From Psychrobacter cryohalolentis K5 (lineage in GTDB: Bacteria; Pseudomonadota; Gammaproteobacteria; Pseudomonadales; Moraxellaceae): a stretch of 32,000 nucleotides of DNA. Positions 1-8,292 of this stretch are shown piece by piece (the first letter of the stretch is position 1; each line of letters starts with the position of its first letter). The stretch is from NCBI RefSeq assembly GCF_000013905.1, contig NC_007969.1, positions 2,040,001 through 2,072,000 on the forward strand. Reading direction: 5' to 3'. The notes below the pieces were generated by a model that was given only the letters and a program-made list of their open reading frames with translations, was not told where the DNA came from and searched no databases. The translations under genes were made by a program, and so were the position numbers.

Positions 1-135
1 ACATTAGCGCAATTATTAAACATGGAGCACGTGCAGTCTGTATCAGATCGGCAGCACAGCGATGCTCTAAAAGATATTTCTATAAAAGACATTAACACTA
101 TTACTTTATCGACCAGCGAGGCAAACCCAGCATGA
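1..135 (+). CDS. iscR: Fe-S cluster assembly transcriptional regulator IscR, C-terminal fragment (5' end outside window)
   Basis: Frame 1 is open from the window edge and ends at TGA 133-135, overlapping the iscS ATG (ATGA). The translation [25 protein letters not shown] resembles the E. coli IscR C-terminal segment [20 protein letters not shown]. It lies directly upstream of iscS. Confidence 0.8.
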   Translation, partial: TLAQLLNMEHVQSVSDRQHSDALKDISIKDINTITLSTSEANPA

Positions 136-1358
136 GCCAACATAACACCCTTATATATTTAGATTATGCCGCCACGACGCCAGTTGCTAAGTCAGTCGCT
201 GCCAAGATGAGCGAATATCTGACGGTAGATGGCATCTTTGGTAACCCAGCATCACGCTCGCATGGCTACGGCTGGCAAGCAGAAGAGGCGGTAGAAACGG
301 CTCGTCAGCAAGTTGCTGAAGTCATCAATGCTGATCCTCGCGAAATCGTCTTTACCTCTGGTGCGACAGAATCTGATAACTTAGCCATCAAAGGTGCTGC
401 TCATTTTTATCAGTCTCGTGGTAAGCATATTATTACCAGTAAAATTGAGCACAAAGCGGTATTAGATACCTGCCGTGAACTTGAGCAAGAAGGTTTTGAA
501 ATTACGTATCTTGAGCCGCAGCCAAGCACTGGCATGATTTTACCAGAGCAAGTAAAAGAAGCTCTGCGTGAAGATACTATCTTAGTGTCTCTCATGATGG
601 TGAATAATGAGCTTGGTACAATTACTGATGTTGCAGCGATTGGTGAAATCACACGTGAAGCGGGTGTTGTTTTTCACGTTGATGGCGCACAGTCTGTTGG
701 TAAAGTACTTATCAATCTTGCAGAGATGAAAATTGACCTAATGAGTTTCTCAGGTCATAAGGCTTATGGTCCTAAAGGTATTGGTGCTCTATTCGTTAGT
801 CGTAAGCCACGTATTCGCCTAAAAGCCGAGCAGCATGGTGGTGGTCATGAGCGCGGTATGCGTTCAGGTACTTTGCCGACTCACCAGATCGTAGGTCTTG
901 GCGCAGCATTTGAGTTAGCTAATCAGCGCTATCAAGAAGACCATGCCCATGCGGCAAAATTACGCCAAAAACTGTGGGATGGTCTACAAGATATCGAAGA
1001 GATTTATCTAAACGGTGATTTAGAAAACAGCGTACCTAATATTGTAAATATCAGCTTTAACTTTGTTGAAGGCGAATCCCTGATGATGTCGCTAAAAGAC
1101 TTAGCTGTCTCATCAGGTTCAGCTTGTACGTCAGCGACTCTTGAGCCATCTTATGTCTTGCGCGCTATTGGTCGCCCAGACGAGTTGGCACATAGCTCAA
1201 TCAGATTTAGCTTTGGTCGCTACACTACTGAAGAAGACATTGATACGGTTATCACTCAGATGCATCAAGCTGTTGATAAATTACGTGCGCTATCGCCACT
1301 TTGGGATATGTATCAAGAAGGTGTTGATTTAGACTCAGTAGAATGGTCTGAGCACTAA
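132..1358 (+). CDS. iscS: Cysteine desulfurase IscS
   Basis: 408 aa. N-terminus [14 protein letters not shown]-lysine motif [10 protein letters not shown], active-site loop SSGSACTS. First gene of the iscSUA-hscBA-fdx order. Confidence 0.97.
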   Translation: MSQHNTLIYLDYAATTPVAKSVAAKMSEYLTVDGIFGNPASRSHGYGWQAEEAVETARQQVAEVINADPREIVFTSGATESDNLAIKGAAHFYQSRGKHIITSKIEHKAVLDTCRELEQEGFEITYLEPQPSTGMILPEQVKEALREDTILVSLMMVNNELGTITDVAAIGEITREAGVVFHVDGAQSVGKVLINLAEMKIDLMSFSGHKAYGPKGIGALFVSRKPRIRLKAEQHGGGHERGMRSGTLPTHQIVGLGAAFELANQRYQEDHAHAAKLRQKLWDGLQDIEEIYLNGDLENSVPNIVNISFNFVEGESLMMSLKDLAVSSGSACTSATLEPSYVLRAIGRPDELAHSSIRFSFGRYTTEEDIDTVITQMHQAVDKLRALSPLWDMYQEGVDLDSVEWSEH

Positions 1359-1399
1359 TACTACATTTAAGCTTTATAATTTAAAAAATAATGGCAACA

Positions 1400-1443
1400 G
1401 CGATATTTTTATTTACTTTTTCTACTAAACATAAAAATATCGC
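1400..1443. repeat. Perfect 13-bp inverted repeat (GCGATATTTTTAT / ATAAAAATATCGC) with an 18-nt loop in the iscS-iscU spacer
   Basis: Read directly: arms at 1400-1412 and 1431-1443. No clean U-tract follows on the + strand. Function unknown (RNA stabiliser, processing site or protein-binding site). Confidence 0.7.
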
Positions 1444-1565
1444 CATAGCTAATGAATCAGACAATTATACATTAAGTGTTTGACCCCAATTATCGATGAG
1501 CCAGTAACCCATTAACAACGACAGTCATTAAATGACAGCTCATCATCTAACCAGGAGAAAACCCC

Positions 1566-1952
1566 ATGGCCTATAGTGACCAAGTTATTGATCATTACGA
1601 AAATCCACGCAACGTTGGCAATCTTGATAAAAATGCCAAAAACGTCGGCACTGGTATGGTCGGCGCACCAGCCTGTGGTGATGTTATGCGTTTACAAATC
1701 CAAGTCGATGATAACGGTATTATCGAAGATGCACGCTTCAAAACTTACGGTTGTGGTTCAGCCATTGCGTCAAGCTCGCTCGTTACTGAGTGGCTAAAAG
1801 GCAAAAGCTTGGATCAAGCTGGTGAAATTAAGAACAGTCACATTGCTGAAGAATTGGCATTGCCACCAGTAAAAGTGCATTGCTCAGTCCTTGCAGAAGA
1901 TGCAATTAAAGCGGCTATTAGCGACTATAAAGGCAAGCATGTTCCTGCCTGA
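1566..1952 (+). CDS. iscU: Fe-S cluster scaffold protein IscU
   Basis: 128 aa. Conserved Cys contexts GAPACGD, YGCGSAIAS and HCSVLAEDAIK. LPPVK (HscA-binding) motif. AGGAG SD at about 1552-1556. Confidence 0.97.
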   Translation: MAYSDQVIDHYENPRNVGNLDKNAKNVGTGMVGAPACGDVMRLQIQVDDNGIIEDARFKTYGCGSAIASSSLVTEWLKGKSLDQAGEIKNSHIAEELALPPVKVHCSVLAEDAIKAAISDYKGKHVPA

Positions 1953-2071
1953 GCCCAGTCGTCGTTAAAATGACCAGCCATATTAAATAGTGTATAAGCT
2001 GTTTAATATATATTGTTTAGCAACTTGTTCTCTGTATGAAAGCGCAAGCTGCCAAAAAGCGGCTAACGCCA

Positions 2072-2113
2072 AGGAGGTGACAATGACGCTTATGTAATTG
2101 TCACCTTTTATTT
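2072..2113 (+). terminator. Terminator-like hairpin inside the isc operon, between iscU and iscA
   Basis: 9-bp perfect stem GGTGACAAT (2076-2084) / ATTGTCACC (2097-2105), extendable by A-T and G-U pairs. 12-nt loop, followed by TTTTATTTATTT. Confidence 0.5.
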
Positions 2114-2143
2114 ATTTCGTTATTTATTTCGTTATTTATTTTG
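2108..2143. repeat. 12-bp tandem repeat x3 (TTATTTATTTCG, TTATTTATTTCG, TTATTTATTTTG)
   Basis: Read directly at 2108-2119, 2120-2131 and 2132-2143. It sits immediately 3' of the hairpin and about 40 bp upstream of the iscA start. Confidence 0.85.
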
Positions 2144-2182
2144 AATTTTTATCCCTATTATTGATAGTCAATGGGAGTTGGC

Positions 2183-2503
2183 ATGATTGAAATGACAGAA
2201 CGCGCCGCTCAGCATGTGCGTGAGTTTTTGGACAATCGCGGTAAAGGCGAAGGCATACGCGTGGGTATTCGCACGGCAGGATGTTCAGGCTTGGCTTATG
2301 TGTTAGAGTTCGTCGACACCCCTGATGAAAACGATACTCGCTATGAGAGTCTTGGTGTCAGTATTTTTATTGACCCTAAAAGCTTGGTATATCTCGATGG
2401 TCTATTAATGGATTATGAAAAAGAAGGTCTCAATGAAGGCTTTAAATTCAGTAATCCTAACCAGAAAGGCGAATGTGGCTGCGGTGAGTCTTTTACGGTG
2501 TAA
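2183..2503 (+). CDS. iscA: Fe-S cluster insertion protein IscA
   Basis: The ORF is open from 2171, but a GGGAG SD at 2173-2177 and length alignment to E. coli IscA favour ATG 2183 ([12 protein letters not shown]). Motifs [14 protein letters not shown] and C-terminal ECGCGESF. Confidence 0.93.
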   Translation: MIEMTERAAQHVREFLDNRGKGEGIRVGIRTAGCSGLAYVLEFVDTPDENDTRYESLGVSIFIDPKSLVYLDGLLMDYEKEGLNEGFKFSNPNQKGECGCGESFTV

Positions 2504-2563
2504 CCGTTTTTACTATACAAAATAGAAGTCCTTAAAATAATAAATAAAATAAAGGCAGACGAT

Positions 2564-3145
2564 ATGACAGACAACGTATTAGAACCACAGTTTGATAATT
2601 TTTTTGCCTTATTTGAGCAGCCTGTACAGTTTGAGGTTGTACAAGACAATTTGGATCAGCGTTTACGTTTTTTGCAAAAACGCTATCATCCTGACAATGT
2701 CGCAAAAAATATAGCCAATATTGCAAAAGCACAGCAGCAATCTGAGCAAGCATCAGCGCTTATTAATCAGGGCTATCAAACTCTGAGTTCGCCTGATAGT
2801 CGAGCCAGCTACTTGTTAGATATGGCAGGTCAAGCGCAAAGTCTAGAGCATTCCATCGCAGATCTGGACTTCTTAGAAGATGCTATGGAAATGCGCATGG
2901 ATTTAGACGACGCTATTGGTGCTCAAGATATAGCAACGCTAAAGCAGTTACATCCACAGATTACAGAACGTCTAGCAAAGCAGTCAGCAAACTTTAAAAA
3001 CGCTTATGAGACTCAAAACTGGCAAACCGCCATTGATTCTACCCAAAAGCTGAAATTTCTGGTGAAGTTAAATGCTGACGTCGTGACAGCCATTGATGGA
3101 ATGTCGGCAGCTACACATTTAGATGATGATGATTTATATGTGTAA
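2564..3145 (+). CDS. hscB: Fe-S protein assembly co-chaperone HscB (J-protein)
   Basis: 193 aa. J-domain HPD motif (LQKRYHPDNV). Position between iscA and hscA. Confidence 0.9.
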   Translation: MTDNVLEPQFDNFFALFEQPVQFEVVQDNLDQRLRFLQKRYHPDNVAKNIANIAKAQQQSEQASALINQGYQTLSSPDSRASYLLDMAGQAQSLEHSIADLDFLEDAMEMRMDLDDAIGAQDIATLKQLHPQITERLAKQSANFKNAYETQNWQTAIDSTQKLKFLVKLNADVVTAIDGMSAATHLDDDDLYV

Positions 3146-3164
3146 TTAATGCGCTTATTAGTAG

Positions 3165-3190
3165 CGTTATTATTGAATATAATAATAACG
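3165..3190. repeat. 10-bp AT-rich inverted repeat CGTTATTATT / AATAATAACG with a 6-nt loop, just 3' of hscB
   Basis: Read directly: arms at 3165-3174 and 3181-3190. No U-tract follows, so it is not called a terminator. Confidence 0.6.
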
Positions 3191-3397
3191 GCTCAATTTA
3201 TAATACGTTTCAAAAGTTTTAAAAAGCGACGGTTAAAGTAAGAGCAATTATCTCGTATAATCTTGACTCTAAAAGCCTTTAATGGCTAGTTTCTATATCC
3301 AAACATTTATAGAAAAACTATTTTATGTTGTACTAACCATAGTCTATTTATCGTCTTTGTATCATTTCACTTATTCATTTTATCTTTGAGTTATCTT

Positions 3398-5275
3398 ATG
3401 TCCTTAATGCAAATTGCTGAACCCAATCAAAGCACCCGACCTCACGAGCATCGTTTTGGCCTAGGCATTGACCTTGGTACCACGCGATCATTGGTCGCCG
3501 TGGTACGCTCAGGCAAAGCTCAAGTTTTGCAAGCAAGCACAGCGACAGATACCTTGTTGCCTTCTGTGGTGTATTATCCAAGTGAAGGTAGCCCATTGGT
3601 TGGTTCGGACGCCCTCGCCCACGTAGTAGATGATCCAAAAAATACCATTATTTCAGCCAAGCGCTTTATGGGTCGTAGCCAAGCTGATATCAAATTCTCT
3701 CATCCTTATGAGCTAAGCGGTGGCAAAGATGAAATGCCAGCTTTTGTCACTGCGCAAGGAGCCGTATCTCCTGTTGAAGTGTCAGCGCGTATCTTAGCAG
3801 CGCTAGAACAGCGTGCTGCTCACGCATTGCCTGAGGATAGCATTCAAGGTGCGGTCATTACCGTGCCTGCCTATTTTGATGAAGCACAGCGTCAAGCTAC
3901 TAAAGACGCCGCTCAAGCAGCTGGCATCAAGGTACTGCGTCTGTTGAACGAACCTACTGCAGCTGCGGTTGCTTATGGACTCGACCAAGCAACTGATGCA
4001 GGTATCGAGAAACATTACCTTATCTATGATTTGGGCGGCGGTACGTTTGATGTGTCGATTTTGAAACTAAACGATGGCGTTTTTGAGGTGCTAGCGACAG
4101 GTGGTAATAGTGCACTTGGTGGTGATGATATCGATCGCTTATTGACCAATTGGCTGATCAAGCAGTTAAATATTGATCCTAAAGACGTCAGCCTGCATGA
4201 CAAGTCGATACTCGCCCAACAAGCCAAAGCTTATAAACAAGCACTGACGGATACTGAGCAAGTCGATATTGATATCGTCGTGAATGAGCAATCTTTTAAG
4301 GGCATATTGCGCCGTGAAGATTTATTAGTCATTGTAGACCCAGTGAGTCGCCGCACCTTGAGCGTTTGCGAACAAGTATTACGTGATGCCAAAATTTCAA
4401 CATCTGACTTAGATGAAGTTATTTTAGTTGGCGGCTCGACCCGCATGCCTGCTGTTAAACAAGTGGTTACTGATTTTTTTGCAAAGCAGCCACTTTGTCG
4501 ATTAAATCCAGATGAAGTCGTTGCTTTAGGTGCGGCACAAACTGCACATCAATTGGTCAACGGTGATAGTGATAATAATTTATTGTTGTTAGATATCACT
4601 CCGCTATCGCTTGGTCTTGAAACCATGGGCGGTTTGGTTGAAGTGCTTATCCCGCGTAATACCCCTATTCCAGTTAAGAAACGCCAAATATTTACCACTT
4701 ATCAAGATGGCCAGACTGGCATGGTGATTCATGTGGTACAAGGTGAGCGCGAGACTGTCGATAACTGCCGCTCACTGGGACGCTTTGAGCTATACGGTAT
4801 TCCGCCTATGAAAGCGGGATTTGCGCGAATCGAAGTGACTTTTAGCATTGATGCTAATGGGCAACTGACAGTGAGTGCACAAGAAACCACTACCAAGACC
4901 GAAAGTAAAATTGAGATTGTGCCCTCTTATGGCTTGTCTGATGAACAAAAAGAACAGTTACTCATTGCAGGATTTAAATACGCTGAAGAAGACAAAAACG
5001 CGCGCTCATTGATTGAAACCAAGGTTGAATCAGAACGTGAGATACTGGCACTGCAATCGGCATTGAAAGATTTTGACGCTTTACTTTCAGAAGATGCTAA
5101 GCAGTCTTTGGCACACACTATGCAAGACTTGCAAGCTGCGCTTGATACCAATGACTTAACCCTTATTGATGCAAAAAAGCTGGCGCTTAAACCGCATAGC
5201 GACGCCTTTGCTGCTCTTATCATGAATCAAAGCGTCAAGACCAGTATGGCAGGTACCAGCGCCAAAGACTGGTAA
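3398..5275 (+). CDS. hscA: Fe-S protein assembly chaperone HscA (Hsp70 family)
   Basis: Hsp70 signatures IDLGTTRS, DLGGGTFDVS and LVGGSTRMP. N-terminus MSLMQIAEP matches E. coli HscA MALLQISEP, so ATG 3398 is preferred over the track's TTG 3386. Confidence 0.94.
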   Translation: MSLMQIAEPNQSTRPHEHRFGLGIDLGTTRSLVAVVRSGKAQVLQASTATDTLLPSVVYYPSEGSPLVGSDALAHVVDDPKNTIISAKRFMGRSQADIKFSHPYELSGGKDEMPAFVTAQGAVSPVEVSARILAALEQRAAHALPEDSIQGAVITVPAYFDEAQRQATKDAAQAAGIKVLRLLNEPTAAAVAYGLDQATDAGIEKHYLIYDLGGGTFDVSILKLNDGVFEVLATGGNSALGGDDIDRLLTNWLIKQLNIDPKDVSLHDKSILAQQAKAYKQALTDTEQVDIDIVVNEQSFKGILRREDLLVIVDPVSRRTLSVCEQVLRDAKISTSDLDEVILVGGSTRMPAVKQVVTDFFAKQPLCRLNPDEVVALGAAQTAHQLVNGDSDNNLLLLDITPLSLGLETMGGLVEVLIPRNTPIPVKKRQIFTTYQDGQTGMVIHVVQGERETVDNCRSLGRFELYGIPPMKAGFARIEVTFSIDANGQLTVSAQETTTKTESKIEIVPSYGLSDEQKEQLLIAGFKYAEEDKNARSLIETKVESEREILALQSALKDFDALLSEDAKQSLAHTMQDLQAALDTNDLTLIDAKKLALKPHSDAFAALIMNQSVKTSMAGTSAKDW

Positions 5276-5372
5276 AAGAAATGCTTTACTATATTACTGA
5301 CGTGTCGAATTAAGCATATTTTTATACTTTTAGATGTTATTTTAAATGGATTAGCACCGGATAGACTACCTT

Positions 5373-5711
5373 ATGCCAAAAATCACTGTACTACCCCATC
5401 ATGAAATTTGCCCCAAAGGCATCGAAGTTGAATTAGCAGCAGGCGAAAACTTATGTAAAGCCTTACTCGAAAAAGGCATCAAGATTGAACATGCTTGCGA
5501 GATGTCAAAAGCTTGTACGACTTGCCATGTCGTAGTGCGTAAAGGTTTTAATAGCTTAGATGAGATGGATGATATCGAAGCTGACTTACTCGACCGTGCT
5601 TGGGGGCTGGAACCTGATTCACGCTTGTCTTGTCAGGTGATGCTTGAAGATGACGATTTAACCATCGAAATTCCTAAATATACTTTAAATCATGCTAAAG
5701 AAAATCACTAA
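5373..5711 (+). CDS. fdx: ISC-type [2Fe-2S] ferredoxin
   Basis: 112 aa. Cys pattern C-x5-C-x2-C (CEMSKACTTCH) plus a distal Cys (SRLSCQV). Last gene of the isc cluster. Confidence 0.93.
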   Translation: MPKITVLPHHEICPKGIEVELAAGENLCKALLEKGIKIEHACEMSKACTTCHVVVRKGFNSLDEMDDIEADLLDRAWGLEPDSRLSCQVMLEDDDLTIEIPKYTLNHAKENH

Positions 5712-5733
5712 TTATTAATGACTTTATACTCAT

Positions 5734-5766
5734 TAAAAAGCCAACTATGTCTTATAGCTGGCTTTT
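5734..5766. terminator. Bidirectional rho-independent terminator between convergent fdx and the cyclase gene
   Basis: AAAAAGCCAACTAT-gtctt-ATAGCTGGCTTTTT. Stem with one mismatch, A-run on the 5' side and T-run on the 3' side, so it can serve both strands. Confidence 0.65.
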
Positions 5767-5854
5767 TCCTATTCCAATATCTGATACTTTAAATAATCAC
5801 AATCTATTCATGAGCAAAGAAAATTATTTACTATCATTATAGTATTGCTATAAA

Positions 5855-7273
5855 TTATTTATGCTTTCCTTCTTTTTTGCTGGCTGCGTCAATTTTAACA
5901 GCGGCAGATTTTTCTTCTTGCTCAATACGTGCAAGTGCAAGATTAAGACGACTTCTAATATCTTGATAATCATTATCTTGCATATCTCTAAAGTTCAAAT
6001 GCAGATTAAAACCTGGAAGCGTATGGTCTACCCATTTAGATAACTTGCCTTTATTTTCATCTGGATCCAATACTTTCCAAGCACTTACTTTATCATCGAA
6101 ACCTTTTAGCGGGAAAGCACCTGCATATTCGCAGTCAAAATCATGAGCGATATAGTCGTGAGTGCTCTCGCTAATGTATATTTCACCCTTACCAGCGACA
6201 GCTTCAAGCCTTGAAGCCAGATTGGCCTCTTTGCCAATCAGCGTATAGCTCAGACGATTATTACTACCAAAGTTACCAACATGACAGTAGCCTGTGCTAA
6301 TACCTACGCGTATATATAATCCCTCAAAGCCCATCAGTCGCCATTTTTGCCTCAATGTGCGCATTTCACGGCGCATATCTATTGCCATAGCTACGCAATC
6401 TAGGGCATCTTGACGCGGACCGCGGCTATTTGGCTCTCCAAAAAAACACACCATGCCATCACCAATAAACTTATCTAATACTGCCCCATGTTTATTGGCG
6501 ATCAAAGTCATACAATGCATATAAGTGTTTAAAATATCAGCCAAATTATCCGCACTTAAGCTATCAGACAGCTCAGTGAAACCAACGATATCTGAAAACA
6601 TAATCGTCAGTTTAGCGCGTTTATTAGCAACAGTAACTGGACCGTCCGCTTTGACAATAGGCTCCCATACTTGCGGTGGTACGAAACGTGTCAACTTATT
6701 GATTACCGACACCATCGTACTTAAGCGCCCAACCACTTGCTCAGCCCGTGCCTCATAATGGATATACTCATAATATATATGGCGAAAGTGACAAAGCATT
6801 ACCATCATCGTTGCTAGCAAGATGATAGGAGTTATCCAAGTGGTGTGACAATCTATCTCGGCACTACTCAAAATGACACTAACGTAGTAAAAAATAATGA
6901 TGGTCACGATGGATACAGAAACCAGCTTTAGATGATTCTCAGGGCTGCTAATAATAATACGCAATCCGATCAACGACGCTAAACTTAATGAGATAATAGG
7001 ACAAAGCTGAATGGAACCAATAACAGAAGACAATAAAATAATAACTATATTAGACGTCCAAAAGCTTTTTTGACGACGAAAGTTATAAACTAAAATCATG
7101 AGGCTAGGTAAGCAGACGACGATTAAAAGTGCCATCGAAGTTGGACTGAAGTCAAAATGGATAGCGAGCAGTATCACGCTGAGTATGAGAACAAAGATTT
7201 CAGGATAATCAAATCGACAGACATCTGTACCCTGTATAGATTTTTTTGGGCTAAAGGTGTCCAAAAGTGCCAT
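5855..7273 (-). CDS. Membrane-anchored (about 6 TM) class III adenylate cyclase, class IIIb-type residues
   Basis: 472 aa. About six hydrophobic helices in residues 25-165. Catalytic domain motifs: MFSDIVGFT (metal Asp), DKFIGDG (Lys at i, metal Asp at i+4), YTLIGKEANLASRLE (Thr, then Asn 7 residues later, then Arg 4 residues after Asn). Confidence 0.85.
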   Translation of the reverse strand: MALLDTFSPKKSIQGTDVCRFDYPEIFVLILSVILLAIHFDFSPTSMALLIVVCLPSLMILVYNFRRQKSFWTSNIVIILLSSVIGSIQLCPIISLSLASLIGLRIIISSPENHLKLVSVSIVTIIIFYYVSVILSSAEIDCHTTWITPIILLATMMVMLCHFRHIYYEYIHYEARAEQVVGRLSTMVSVINKLTRFVPPQVWEPIVKADGPVTVANKRAKLTIMFSDIVGFTELSDSLSADNLADILNTYMHCMTLIANKHGAVLDKFIGDGMVCFFGEPNSRGPRQDALDCVAMAIDMRREMRTLRQKWRLMGFEGLYIRVGISTGYCHVGNFGSNNRLSYTLIGKEANLASRLEAVAGKGEIYISESTHDYIAHDFDCEYAGAFPLKGFDDKVSAWKVLDPDENKGKLSKWVDHTLPGFNLHLNFRDMQDNDYQDIRSRLNLALARIEQEEKSAAVKIDAASKKEGKHK

Positions 7274-7547
7274 GAGAGCTATTCGCTTAAATCAGTAAAA
7301 TCATTGAAAGTACTCATAAAGATAGTATAGATAATGTACCTTATCCTTATAAAAAATATTTATGCTTATAAATAATATAAGAGAAATTAAACAGTTAACT
7401 TGCATATTATACGTTTTAATTTTATTAACAGCTATGTCATTGAGTCCTCAAAGTATACCGTTTGTCATTTATTTTGTTACCAAAGCCAATGAAATCATCA
7501 TCTCAAGACCTTTGTACTAAACATAAATATCAAGTTCGAGCTAATGG

Positions 7548-7574
7548 CAAAAAAGCCAGATAATATATCTGACT
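7548..7574 (-). terminator. Rho-independent terminator downstream of the HIT gene
   Basis: The - strand reads AGTCAGATA-tat-TATCTGGCT (9 bp including one G-U) followed by TTTTTT. Confidence 0.6.
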
Positions 7575-7626
7575 TCTTTTAATTGACATGTACCAAGCAA
7601 TGTTAAACCTATCACTAAGTAGTGAG

Positions 7627-8058
7627 TTACATCTGCCAATCAAACGGCATTTGATGATGGCCGCGCAGTGCCATCATCAAAGTCTGTTGCATTTGCGCCA
7701 ATACTTCTTTGCTATAAGGCACTGCAGGAACGCCCCATACCGGATTTGGCCACTGCATATCGTTTTGATAGCGGACAATATGATGAAAATGAAGCTGTGG
7801 TACTTGATTACCGAGTGCTGCCACATTCATTTTATCTGCCTGAAAAGTTTTAGCGAGCTGACTTGATAACCAGCTCGATTCACGCAAAAACTGCGTTTGG
7901 TCTGCCTCAGACAATTCATACAATTCTTTGATGCCTGATACTCGTGGCACCAATATCAACCATGGAAACTGGCAATCATTGATTAAGCGACAGGTTGATA
8001 GTGGAAAATCACCCACTAAAAAACTATCGGCAGCAAGTTTATGATGAAGTTGGAACAT
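7627..8058 (-). CDS. HIT (histidine triad) family nucleotide hydrolase/transferase
   Basis: 143 aa. NVAALGNQVPQLHFHHIVR aligns with the usual HIT signature (GxxVxH-phi-H-phi-H-phi-phi), with Gln in place of the first His. Confidence 0.85.
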   Translation of the reverse strand: MFQLHHKLAADSFLVGDFPLSTCRLINDCQFPWLILVPRVSGIKELYELSEADQTQFLRESSWLSSQLAKTFQADKMNVAALGNQVPQLHFHHIVRYQNDMQWPNPVWGVPAVPYSKEVLAQMQQTLMMALRGHHQMPFDWQM

Positions 8059-8154
8059 AATGGCGGTTCTCTTGTTATGAAACTCAAGTAAAAGAATAAG
8101 GAAGAAAGATTAGGCTTAAAATTTAAAACAGATATTTAAGGTAAAAATACAGTT

Positions 8155-8192
8155 ACGCTATTTTATCAGTTATCCAATCGATAAAATAGCGT
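8155..8192 (-). terminator. 13-bp perfect hairpin downstream of mfd (possible terminator)
   Basis: ACGCTATTTTATC (8155-8167) / GATAAAATAGCGT (8180-8192), 12-nt loop. On the - strand a T-run (TATTTTTAC) starts about 7 nt after the stem, so terminator function is uncertain. Confidence 0.45.
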
Positions 8193-8292
8193 CATGATTT
8201 ATTGTCTAAATGTCCTGCTTTTTAAATCTCTTAGTCTATAAGGTAAAGGTTAAACAGCTATTTTCCATGGTATATAGTGATGATTGAATATC

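Noticed and set aside
1391-1483. 30-codon ORF MATAIFLFTFSTKHKNIAIANESDNYTLSV in the iscS-iscU spacer
   Set aside because: There is no SD, it spans the 13-bp hairpin, and it is explained by AT-rich composition. I have no evidence beyond an open frame.
7304-7405. 34-codon minus-strand ORF (MQVNCLISLILFISINIFYKDK...) upstream of the cyclase gene
   Set aside because: There is no SD. The region is extremely AT-rich and likely promoter DNA for the cyclase. It is a chance open frame.
5855-8058. Cyclase plus adjacent HIT gene as a Pycsar/CBASS-like nucleotide-signalling defence pair
   Set aside because: The cyclase has canonical adenine-specifying class IIIb residues and a sensor-type 6-TM N-terminus typical of housekeeping cAMP signalling. 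No cNMP-binding effector (TM or TIR) is adjacent. The HIT gene has its own terminator, and the neighbourhood is core genes with no mobile or defence-island context.
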